Shown here: one piece after another, positions 7,740 to 14,363 of the stretch
How the letters are laid out: every line of letters begins with the position of its first letter
Position numbering within the stretch: position 1 is the first letter of the stretch
NCBI GenBank assembly: GCA_051382335.1
Contig: JBBCAX010000397.1
Coordinates: 1-14,363, forward strand
From: Deltaproteobacteria bacterium TL4
GTDB taxonomy: Bacteria > SAR324 > NAC60-12
Length of the DNA: 14,363 nt
Direction: 5' to 3'
Made by a program: the position numbers and the translations under genes
Notes under the pieces: generated by a model
Database searches by the model: none
The model's input: the letters and a program-made list of their open reading frames with translations, nothing else
Told to the model about the DNA's origin: nothing

Positions 7740-8213
7740 TTATTTTCTGAGATAGAGTCTTGGATCAAACTCATAAGGAAAGGTTTTAATAATTTGAATC
7801 TTTCTAAAATCAGGATGATAAGGATTGAGAAGATAGTTCCAATCTTCTCCTTCCGGGATAATAGCAGAGGGTACTTTAAATGCGACGGTTCTTTGCTGAG
7901 AGGCCCAAGCTGTTCCCAATTGTCCTAAGTCAACAGGAGGAGGGTATGACCTCCAGTCTTCTAAAATTTTAGTTAAGTCAATAGTTTCAATGGCTACATT
8001 ATCAGGTAACTCGAAAATAGTCATGCTTCTATTTTTCGGTATGAGATTAAGAGGTGAGTGAACTAAGGTCTCTAATGTGGCAAGAGCTGTTGAATCGGCC
8101 GTATATATAACGGGTGTTCCTTTTAAATTCCATCGTCCTCCCGCTTTTCTGGCACCTTCCCCTGAAATATCATCTGCGTATTTTGATTTTGATATTCGAT
8201 AGAGGCGTATCAA
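7740..8213 (-). CDS. RES-domain toxin (MbcT/ParT/NatT-type NAD+-consuming toxin), 157 aa
   Basis: LYRIS, SGEGA..GGRWN, YTADS...LETLVH, VPSAII and NYLLNP motifs supply the R-E-S residues. The TTG start overlaps the antitoxin stop (TTGA). Confidence 0.92.
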   Translation of the reverse strand: MIRLYRISKSKYADDISGEGARKAGGRWNLKGTPVIYTADSTALATLETLVHSPLNLIPKNRSMTIFELPDNVAIETIDLTKILEDWRSYPPPVDLGQLGTAWASQQRTVAFKVPSAIIPEGEDWNYLLNPYHPDFRKIQIIKTFPYEFDPRLYLRK

Positions 8214-8629
8214 GCAACAACTCCGTATTCTATGCGAATCAATTCGTCAAGAACCATCTCAATTCCAGAAGAGGTATCTAATAGTTCAATAGGAGCTATA
8301 TTTCCTAAGGCAAGACTAGGCTGCTTCAGCCAGCATGTCGTATCTTCCGCATCCTCAAATACGTCTAAACTTTTGGCATAAACTTTAGCCATTTGAAGGA
8401 GATGGTCCGAGAGGGGGGAGGAAAGAAGTTTTTCTGGTGTATAACGTTGTAAGGTCCTTTCTGAAACATGTAAATATTTTGTTAACTCTGGTATCGTCAG
8501 ATCAAAACATTCTGCTAAGGTTGAAATCGCTCTTTTGGGAATACCGGTGCGAGTGATCTCTACCAAATCAAGGGGGGTTGGTGTCGCTTGTGTTAAACCC
8601 AACATTTCTCCAATTGATTGATAATTCAT
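8210..8629 (-). CDS. Xre/MbcA/ParS-family antitoxin (HTH plus DUF2384-type toxin-binding domain), 139 aa
   Basis: HTH LHVSERTLQRY; C-terminal WLKQPSLALGNIAPIELLDTSSGIEMVLDELIRIEYG; RBS aaggagg; directly upstream of the RES gene. Confidence 0.92.
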   Translation of the reverse strand: MNYQSIGEMLGLTQATPTPLDLVEITRTGIPKRAISTLAECFDLTIPELTKYLHVSERTLQRYTPEKLLSSPLSDHLLQMAKVYAKSLDVFEDAEDTTCWLKQPSLALGNIAPIELLDTSSGIEMVLDELIRIEYGVVA

Positions 8630-8674
8630 GCGACCTCCTTGAAAAAGGAATAAAACTCAAATAAGGATAAGCCG

Positions 8675-8703
8675 ATTGTCATTTAATTTTGACAAATGTC
8701 AAA
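8675..8703 (-). promoter_or_regulatory. Putative sigma70 promoter and operator of the xre-res operon
   Basis: Minus-strand TTGACA (8702-8697), 16-nt spacer, GACAAT (8680-8675). Overlapping palindromes tttgaca-aa-tgtcaaa (8688-8703) and ttgtca-N8-tgacaa (8676-8695). Confidence 0.55.
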
Positions 8704-8711
8704 CACAATTT

Positions 8712-8783
8712 TTTCTCAGGCAAAAAATACTGGTATTGATTCCCTTTTCGCAAAGTTCCTGCCTTAAAATCTTTCACATTCAT
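8712..8783 (-). pseudogene. Probable N-terminal remnant of a Fic-family gene
   Basis: ATG at 8783 gives MNVKDFKAGTLRKGNQYQYFLPEK, resembling from memory the N-termini of Fic/DOC_N proteins (MxIxDFKAGxxxxGYxYxYFLPEKIN). It then runs into the xre promoter and stops at 8679. Confidence 0.5.
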
Positions 8784-8816
8784 GGAAGTATACTTGCGTT
8801 GGATTAAATCTTTAAT

Positions 8817-8897
8817 TTTGTGGTAGGTCGGGATTACATGCCCGACCCCTGAGAATGCTGAAATAGGGCGGGGCATGTAATCCCCGCCTACCACAAA
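8817..8897. repeat. GTAG-type REP doublet (REPIN)
   Basis: tttgtgGTAGgtcgggattacatgcccgac...gcggggcatgtaatccccgcCTACcacaaa. Each arm is GTAG plus a hairpin; same family as 12193-12263. Confidence 0.8.
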
Positions 8898-8940
8898 CAG
8901 AAAGTGGGTTGTGGGTTTTCTTTGTATCCTCGGAACATCT

Positions 8941-8966
8941 GTCTTTGCCAGTCTTTGCCAGTCTTT
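8941..8966. repeat. 10-bp tandem repeat
   Basis: gtctttgcca gtctttgcca gtcttt. Confidence 0.7.
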
Positions 8967-9043
8967 CCTTCTTGTTATCTGTACATTAAAGTGCTAAATT
9001 ATAGACACAGTTTAAGGCTATAATCATTGTAACAGAGGTCTCT

Positions 9044-9298
9044 ATGGAAACTTACAGCGTAACAGAAGCCAGGCGTCAATTTTCACAGATTATCAACTCA
9101 GGTGAAACAATAGAAGTCACACATCCCAAGCATCCGATAATCATTATTCCAAAAGAAAAGTTTCAAGCCTTAGAGGATGAGTTGTTAATGCGAGAAATGG
9201 ATGAAGCCTTGGAAAGAGCAAAGGGGCAAAAGCGATATACTTCTGATGAAGTTGATGCCATCATGGCGGAAATTTTAAATCGCACACAGGAGAAATGA
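9044..9298 (+). CDS. Phd/YefM-family type II antitoxin, 84 aa
   Basis: N-terminus METYSVTEARRQFSQII...ETIEVT...IIIIPKEKFQALE; acidic helical C-terminus; TATAAT at 9019-9024 and RBS gagg upstream. Confidence 0.85.
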   Translation: METYSVTEARRQFSQIINSGETIEVTHPKHPIIIIPKEKFQALEDELLMREMDEALERAKGQKRYTSDEVDAIMAEILNRTQEK

Positions 9299-9301
9299 TA
9301 A

Positions 9302-9550
9302 GTGGCAGATTGGCTAGAAGAAGTTGCAAAACTATTGTGGAAAATTACTGTGGAAGATCCAGAATGCGCTAAAACCATTAGATTGGCGGTCAAACGCATT
9401 GAGAAAAATCCACGAATTGGCAGATTGGTTCAAGATACAAGATATATTTACACGGATCCAGAATCTCGTTTTCGTATCAGTTACAATCATCACCCTAACG
9501 CCAAAGAAATTGAACTGGTCGCACTTCACATATTCAAAGCAACAAGCTAA
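9302..9550 (+). CDS. RelE/ParE-like toxin, 82 aa
   Basis: GTG start 3 nt after the antitoxin stop, with aggag upstream. Pattern TIRLAVKRIEKNPRIG...RYIYTD...RFRISY...EIELVALH fits the RelE/ParE fold. Confidence 0.65.
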   Translation: MADWLEEVAKLLWKITVEDPECAKTIRLAVKRIEKNPRIGRLVQDTRYIYTDPESRFRISYNHHPNAKEIELVALHIFKATS

Positions 9551-9619
9551 AATAATGGCACCAATGGATCAACCCTATTTGAGGGCAAAGTAATTTATGG
9601 GACAGCCACAGGGGGATTG

Positions 9620-9772
9620 TTAAAACAGGGTGTAAATAAAAGGTGCAACCGCGGATCCTTGCGTTAACACAATCAACGCTCCCATCAATAATAAAACCAT
9701 GAAAATGGGGGCCAGCCAGAACTTCTTGCGAGTTTGCATGAAACCCCATAAATCTTTCAATAAATCCAACAT
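9620..9772 (-). CDS. DUF5989 / SxtK-like small membrane protein, 50 aa (not in the ORF track)
   Basis: MLDLLKDLWGFMQTRKKFWLAPIFMVLLLMGALIVLTQGSAVAPFIYTLF*. Hallmarks RKKFWLAP and GSAVAPFIYTLF. The ATG overlaps the upstream TGA (TGATG). Confidence 0.93.
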   Translation of the reverse strand: MLDLLKDLWGFMQTRKKFWLAPIFMVLLLMGALIVLTQGSAVAPFIYTLF

Positions 9773-10176
9773 CAGTAAACCTTTTCCATATGATTTTTAA
9801 ATTGTTTTTGACTCTTCTTCCAATAGGAATCAATGGAGCCGTCCTTGAATTGCCTGTTCATCGCGTCTTTTCTCGATAGTTTTAATAGTAGCGCGACTGG
9901 AAAAAAAACAGCAAAAAACACAAAAACAAGAAGAAGCCTGGTATTCAGAATCCCGAGATAATGGCTGAGTCTCATCCAGGGCTTATAAATAAGGGCCATG
10001 GTATTCGGTAGCACCACTGCCCAACCCAGTAAGAGACTGGATAGGATCCAAGGCCAACGAACCATTTTCAGATTAAAAGCCAGAGGTAAAAAGAGCCCAA
10101 AGAGTACCGCGATCACCAGGGCCATGGTGAAACCAAATTTACGATAGCCCGCCTTATCTAAAGATTCTACTTTCAT
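9772..10176 (-). CDS. SxtJ-family membrane protein, 134 aa
   Basis: YRKFGFTMALV...WPW...YKPWMRLSHYLGILNTRLLL...FFPVALLLKL.RKDAM...SYW...MEKVY. Start moved from 10218 to the ATG at 10176, which has a gaggag RBS and does not overlap the upstream gene. Confidence 0.88.
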   Translation of the reverse strand: MKVESLDKAGYRKFGFTMALVIAVLFGLFLPLAFNLKMVRWPWILSSLLLGWAVVLPNTMALIYKPWMRLSHYLGILNTRLLLVFVFFAVFFPVALLLKLSRKDAMNRQFKDGSIDSYWKKSQKQFKNHMEKVY

Positions 10177-10190
10177 TGACTTCTCCTCGG

Positions 10191-12038
10191 TTAATCTAAA
10201 GCAAATTCCTTTTTCCATGAAGCATCGTTTTCTCGACTTGGCTGCTCCTTTTTAGACAGGATTACATTTTCAAGAACCAGATAGTCCATCTCGGTACGCA
10301 TAAAACAACGATAGGCATCCTCTGGCGTACAGACCATCGGTTCACCCCGCACATTAAAGGAGGTATTGATCAAAACAGGGCAACCCGTGATTTTCTCAAA
10401 CTGAGTCAGCAATGCCCAGAATCTCGGGTTAGTTTCCTGATGTACCGTTTGTAATCTCGCAGAGTAATCCACGTGGGTAACGGCAGGAATTTGTGATCGG
10501 GGAATCTTGAGTCTCTCAAGACCCCATCGTTGTTTTTGCTCGGAAGACATTGGAACCTGTTTGTCTTCTCTCACATTGGCGACCATCAACATGTAAGGAC
10601 TTACTCCTTCAAAGTCAAACCAGTCAGAAACCTTTTCGGCTTTCACCGCGGGAGCAAAGGGTCTGAAGGATTCCCGATATTTGATTTTGAGATTCAGGGT
10701 AGACTGCATCTTTTGACTCCGGGGATCCCCTAAAATGGAACGTCCTCCCAAGGCCCGCGGGCCAAACTCCATCCGGCCTTGAAACCAGCCAATCACATTT
10801 TCAGTGGCAAGATAATGAGCCACCGTTGGGAACAGTTCATCCTCATCCATTACTTGATACCTGGCCTGAACAGCGTCTAAATATTCTGTAATTTGAAGCT
10901 CTGAAAATGAAGGGCCGAGATAGGAACCACTCGTTGAATCCATATTTACCTCAGGGTTTCGTTCCTGTTCAAGGTACTCATGCCAAACAGATAATGCGGC
11001 GCCCAGGGCGCCTCCAGCGTCACCGGCTGCGGGTTGAATCCAAATATTGTCAAATATTTTTGCCCGATGTAATTTTCCATTAGCGACACAATTCAGCGCA
11101 ACCCCACCGGCTAAACAAAGATTATCGACTTTCAATTCCTCTTTGATCGCTTTAGCAATATTTAAAATCACCTGTTCGGTAACAACTTGAATGGAACGTG
11201 CAAGGTCCATTTCTTTTTGTGTAATATTCGCTTCACTTACCCGGGGGGGGCCCCCAAACAAAGCAGCAAACTGATTATTGGTCATGGTTAAGCCTGTGGC
11301 ATAATCAAAATATTTCATATTCAAATGAAAGCTGCCGTTTGGTTTCGTCTCTATTAAATGTTCATAAATGAGGTCGACATATTTGGGCTCTCCATAAGGA
11401 GCCAAACCCATGAGTTTATATTCACCTGAATTCACTCGGAATCCCGTGTAATAAGTGAAAGCCGAATAAAGCAAGCCTAGCGAATGCGGAAAATCAATTT
11501 GCCAAAGCGGGTCTAATTGATGGTCCTCACCTAACCAGACAGAGGTCGTCGCCCACTCCCCTACACCATCAAGGCACAATACGGCCGCTTTTTTAAAAGG
11601 CGATGGAAAAAAGGCAGAGGCGGCATGAGCCTGATGATGTTCTGTAAACAGGAGCCTGGGTAACTCTTTTTTAGTCAGGCCTGATAAGGTTGATAATTCA
11701 CGTTTGAGGGTTTCTTTCAAAAATAGTTTTTCTTTTAACCAGAGGGGCATCGCCATCAAAAAGGAACGTAATCCACGAGGCGCATAAGCCAGGTAGGTTT
11801 CTAATAACCTTTCAAATTTCACAAAAGGTTTATCATAAAAGACGAAATAGTCTATGTCCTCTAAATGTAACGAGGCCTCTTCCAAAACAAAACGGATCGC
11901 GTTTGCCGGAAAACCAGGATCCTGTTTTTTCCGGGTGAAACGTTCCTCCTGGGCGGCCGCGACAGTCTTCCCATCAATAACCAAAGCAGCCGCACTGTCA
12001 TGATAGAAAGCGGAAATACCAATTATTTTGATACTCAT
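10191..12038 (-). CDS. O-carbamoyltransferase, NodU/CmcH/TobZ family (SxtI-like), 615 aa
   Basis: GISAFYHDSAAAL, QEERFTRKK, EHHQAHAASAF, LDGVGEW, GEYKLMGLAPYG, LAGGVALNC, GRMEFGPRALGGRS, RESFRPFAP and NTSFNVRGEP motifs; RBS aaggag. Confidence 0.96.
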   Translation of the reverse strand: MSIKIIGISAFYHDSAAALVIDGKTVAAAQEERFTRKKQDPGFPANAIRFVLEEASLHLEDIDYFVFYDKPFVKFERLLETYLAYAPRGLRSFLMAMPLWLKEKLFLKETLKRELSTLSGLTKKELPRLLFTEHHQAHAASAFFPSPFKKAAVLCLDGVGEWATTSVWLGEDHQLDPLWQIDFPHSLGLLYSAFTYYTGFRVNSGEYKLMGLAPYGEPKYVDLIYEHLIETKPNGSFHLNMKYFDYATGLTMTNNQFAALFGGPPRVSEANITQKEMDLARSIQVVTEQVILNIAKAIKEELKVDNLCLAGGVALNCVANGKLHRAKIFDNIWIQPAAGDAGGALGAALSVWHEYLEQERNPEVNMDSTSGSYLGPSFSELQITEYLDAVQARYQVMDEDELFPTVAHYLATENVIGWFQGRMEFGPRALGGRSILGDPRSQKMQSTLNLKIKYRESFRPFAPAVKAEKVSDWFDFEGVSPYMLMVANVREDKQVPMSSEQKQRWGLERLKIPRSQIPAVTHVDYSARLQTVHQETNPRFWALLTQFEKITGCPVLINTSFNVRGEPMVCTPEDAYRCFMRTEMDYLVLENVILSKKEQPSRENDASWKKEFALD

Positions 12039-12099
12039 AGTCGACTCCTTATTGTGTTGACGCTACCGCAAGGTGTTTAACATCGTTAGTTCTCTTTGT

Positions 12100-12130
12100 G
12101 GTGCGCTCGCTTCGCTTAAGCGCACCCTAC
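12100..12130 (-). repeat. Single GTAG-type REP
   Basis: Reverse complement GTAGggtgcgcttaagcgaagcgagcgcacc: GTAG plus a ggtgcgct/agcgcacc stem. Confidence 0.65.
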
Positions 12131-12160
12131 TATGCTCAACGCCTATTTTCGGACGGCTAC

Positions 12161-12290
12161 CTGGTACATAGTCAGCTTTTATTTTTCGGGTTTGGTAGGC
12201 TGGGATTACATGCCCAGCTTTTGCGAACGTTGTTTTTATCGGGCACGTAGTCCCGATCTACCACAAATTTAAAGGCTGACAGTGTACTAG
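12161..12290. mobile_element. IS630-like MITE (CTAG-type ends) carrying a GTAG REP doublet
   Basis: Ends ctggtacatagtcagctttt / aaaggctgacagtgtactag (16/20 inverted match). Internal REPIN tgGTAGgctgggattacatgcccagc...atcgggcacgtagtcccgatCTACca (12193-12263). Confidence 0.65.
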
Positions 12291-12374
12291 GAATCAGGAT
12301 CTACCTAAGCTAGCCGAATTCTACAGCCAGGATTACCGTTCCCGGACCGATTCTTCGTGGCGGAGTCCTTGCGC

Positions 12375-13814
12375 TTAAGGTAATTCGCTCGATTTCAGCA
12401 CCAGCATTTTTTCAATTTGCATGTCATGCATCGTGTAAGGAATTCCTCCCACGGCCAATCCCGAATGTTTTAAGCCAGCAAAGGGCATCCAATCCACTCG
12501 AAACGCCGTATGTTCATTGATCATCACCGCGGAGGCGTCCAGGCGATAATAGGCGCGCATCGCGGTATCAATGTTTTTTGTAAAGACTGAGGCTTGAAAG
12601 GCATCAGGCAGGGAGTTGGCTTGCGCAATCGCGTCATCCATCTTCTGGTAAGGGTAGACACAAATTACAGGACCGAAGACTTCCAGTTTACTGACTTTTG
12701 AATCCTGGTGAGGATTATAGAGAATCGTAGATTCATAGCAAGTATTTGAAATCCGTTTGCCTCCTGTCAGTAACTCAGCTCCCTCTTTGATCGCTTCATC
12801 GACCCATTGTTCAATACGATCTACTTCCGCGGGACGGATCAAAGGACCAATGTCCGTTTCAGCAAGAGTCGGATCTCCAACTTTTAAGGGTTTGGCTGCT
12901 TCCGCCAGGCGGTTGGCTAACTCTCGGGCAATGGATTCATGAACGAATACACGTTGAACGGAGACACAAACCTGTCCGGCATGGTAAAGCCCGCCTTTGG
13001 TTAAAGGCGGAACCACCTGATTTAAATCAACGTCTTCCGCGACAATCACAGGGGCCACTCCGCCATGTTCCAGGGCACAGCGGGTTCCTGGCGCTAATTT
13101 GGAGCGCAACGTCCATCCCACACTGGCGCTGCCAATGAAGGAGAAAAAGCCTACGCGTGAATCCGTGATCAAGGCTGTCGCTAAACGATGGTCCTTAATG
13201 ACCAAGGCTTGACACCATTCCTGAGGTAAGCCCGCTTCGTAAAGGATATTGACAAAGTTAAAACAGGAAATAGGGGTATCTCCCGCAGGCTTTACAATCA
13301 CAGGACACCCTGTCGCAATCGCGGGACCGACTTGATGCACAATCAAATTCAAAGGATGATTGAATGCGCTGACCGCAACCACCACACCGAGGGGTTCTTT
13401 CCGGGTTACCGCGATTTTTCCACTGGAAGACGCATTCAAGTTCATGGGAATTTCTTTTCCGCCCTCAGTTCTCAGTGTTTCAATACAACATTTGACTCCA
13501 TCAATGGCTCTGATGACTTCAACCCGGGAATCGATCAAAGGTTTTCCGCCCTCTCTCGCGGCTTCAAGCGCTAACGACTCAGCACGGGAAGCCATGATTT
13601 GAGCGGCTTTATCCAGGATTTCGATACGTCTTGCCGGTTTGAGCCAGGAATCACGATTCCGAAACAGGCGATAAGCGTTGACTAACGCTTTTTCAACGGC
13701 TTCCTTATCCGCCGTATCGGCTGTCGCAATGACTGACCGATCATAAGGTGCAAAAATTTCAGTTCTACCATCGGAGGTGGATACTCCGGGAATGAGTAAA
13801 GGATAGTTTTTCAT
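12375..13814 (-). CDS. NAD(P)-dependent aldehyde dehydrogenase, 479 aa
   Basis: REPLGVVVAVSAFNHPL, VKPA, FIGSASVG, LEHGG (catalytic Glu), GQVCVS (catalytic Cys), EVFGP and MPFAGLKHSG motifs; RBS gaggg. Confidence 0.96.
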   Translation of the reverse strand: MKNYPLLIPGVSTSDGRTEIFAPYDRSVIATADTADKEAVEKALVNAYRLFRNRDSWLKPARRIEILDKAAQIMASRAESLALEAAREGGKPLIDSRVEVIRAIDGVKCCIETLRTEGGKEIPMNLNASSSGKIAVTRKEPLGVVVAVSAFNHPLNLIVHQVGPAIATGCPVIVKPAGDTPISCFNFVNILYEAGLPQEWCQALVIKDHRLATALITDSRVGFFSFIGSASVGWTLRSKLAPGTRCALEHGGVAPVIVAEDVDLNQVVPPLTKGGLYHAGQVCVSVQRVFVHESIARELANRLAEAAKPLKVGDPTLAETDIGPLIRPAEVDRIEQWVDEAIKEGAELLTGGKRISNTCYESTILYNPHQDSKVSKLEVFGPVICVYPYQKMDDAIAQANSLPDAFQASVFTKNIDTAMRAYYRLDASAVMINEHTAFRVDWMPFAGLKHSGLAVGGIPYTMHDMQIEKMLVLKSSELP

Positions 13815-13872
13815 GGCAACCCTCTTTTTGTGTTATGGATTAAGGCAACTATTAAAGCGCCCTGTCCAAAAT

Positions 13873-14020
13873 GGCTACCTGCTTAAGCTGGGACAAATGT
13901 AGGGTGTGTTAGTGAGCTTGCGAACGTAACGCACCAGAACAATGCTATGTTTATTGGTGCGTTACGCCTTGCGGCTAACACACACTACATGAAATGTTGT
14001 CCCGCCTTAAGTGCGTAGCC
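13873..14020. mobile_element. 148-bp MITE with GGC ends and an 8-bp target duplication (IS1595- or ISL3-like), carrying a GTAG REP doublet
   Basis: 24-bp ends ggctacctgcttaagctgggacaa / ttgtcccgccttaagtgcgtagcc (19/24). Perfect direct repeat tccaaaat at 13865-13872 and 14021-14028. Internal REPIN atGTAGggtgtgttag...cgtaacgcacca...tggtgcgttacg...ctaacacacaCTACat (13897-13990). Confidence 0.85.
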
Positions 14021-14093
14021 TCCAAAATCACAGGGCGCACCGAAAATGGATTGAATTCTTGATAGGTAACGCTTCGTCCTACGAGTTACAAAC

Positions 14094-14171
14094 TAAAAAA
14101 GATCTTGGGGCCAGTGACCGTGGTTCCTTAAAAAAGATCTTGGGGCCAGTGACTGTGGTCCCTTAAAGATC
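14094..14171. repeat. 35-bp tandem duplication, each unit with an internal hairpin
   Basis: taaaaaagatcttggggccagtgaccgtggttcct (14094-14128) and taaaaaagatcttggggccagtgactgtggtccct (14129-14163), 33/35 identical, plus a partial taaagatc. Confidence 0.85.
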
Positions 14172-14321
14172 CCAAACCTGTGATATTCACTTGTCAATTA
14201 ACGGCAAAAGCTATAAACCTACCAGGAGGTAGAGGCCACGGCTTTCTCATAAAAAAAAGATTGTGTTTCAGAAGGATAGAAAGTTATCATAGGACTTCAA
14301 CCCCAACCCTAAAGGAGTCTT

Positions 14322-14363
14322 ATGACAGAAGAATCTCAATCTCCAGAAAAGGCATTAAAATTA
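14322..14363 (+). CDS. Start of an unidentified gene (3'-partial): MTEESQSPEKALKL
   Basis: aaggag RBS 4 nt before the ATG; frame open to the window edge. Confidence 0.6.
   Translation, partial: MTEESQSPEKALKL

Noticed and set aside
8679..8894. 71-aa minus-strand ORF as a gene
   Set aside because: A chimera of REPIN sequence, the Fic-like stub and promoter DNA.
9580..9607. ttatgggacagcc as an IS5/IS1182-like end, sharing gagggcaaag with 2609-2618
   Set aside because: No partner repeat; a 10-bp match is too short to support.
9534..9833. 99-aa minus-strand ORF
   Set aside because: Wrong frame; the genuine gene here is the 50-aa DUF5989 protein at 9620..9772.
10177..10218. Longer start (10218) for the SxtJ-like gene
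   Set aside because: Overlaps the carbamoyltransferase 3' end and lacks an RBS; the ATG at 10176 has gaggag.
10191..12038. Saxitoxin biosynthesis cluster
   Set aside because: No sxtA, sxtG or other core genes in the window; the trio is widespread outside producers.
14094..14171. Mini CRISPR array
   Set aside because: The 35-bp units are head-to-tail with no spacer, and there are no cas genes in the window.

Overview
Bacterial accessory region, roughly 43-45% GC by eye, heavily reworked by mobile DNA. From left to right: the right end of an IS4-family element cuts off the 5' end of an OmcA/MtrC-like decaheme cytochrome c gene. The true frame of that gene opens at 123-129, not 285, and includes a collagen-like Gly-X-Y stretch and a tenth CxxCH motif missed by the ORF track. 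Next come a small clan AA aspartic protease, an intact IS1634-family element, and a broken SGNH/TPR gene. Two type II toxin-antitoxin pairs follow (Xre/RES and Phd/RelE-like), then a carbamoyltransferase-SxtJ-like-DUF5989 (SxtK-like) operon whose 50-aa last gene is absent from the ORF track, an aldehyde dehydrogenase, and the start of an unknown gene. The intergenic DNA holds several GTAG-type REP doublets, three of them wrapped in different IS-derived MITE shells. It also holds orphan fragments of toxin genes (a RES paralogue, probably a Fic gene) and a possibly structured 5' leader at the right edge. Family assignments come from motif recognition only; no searches were run.
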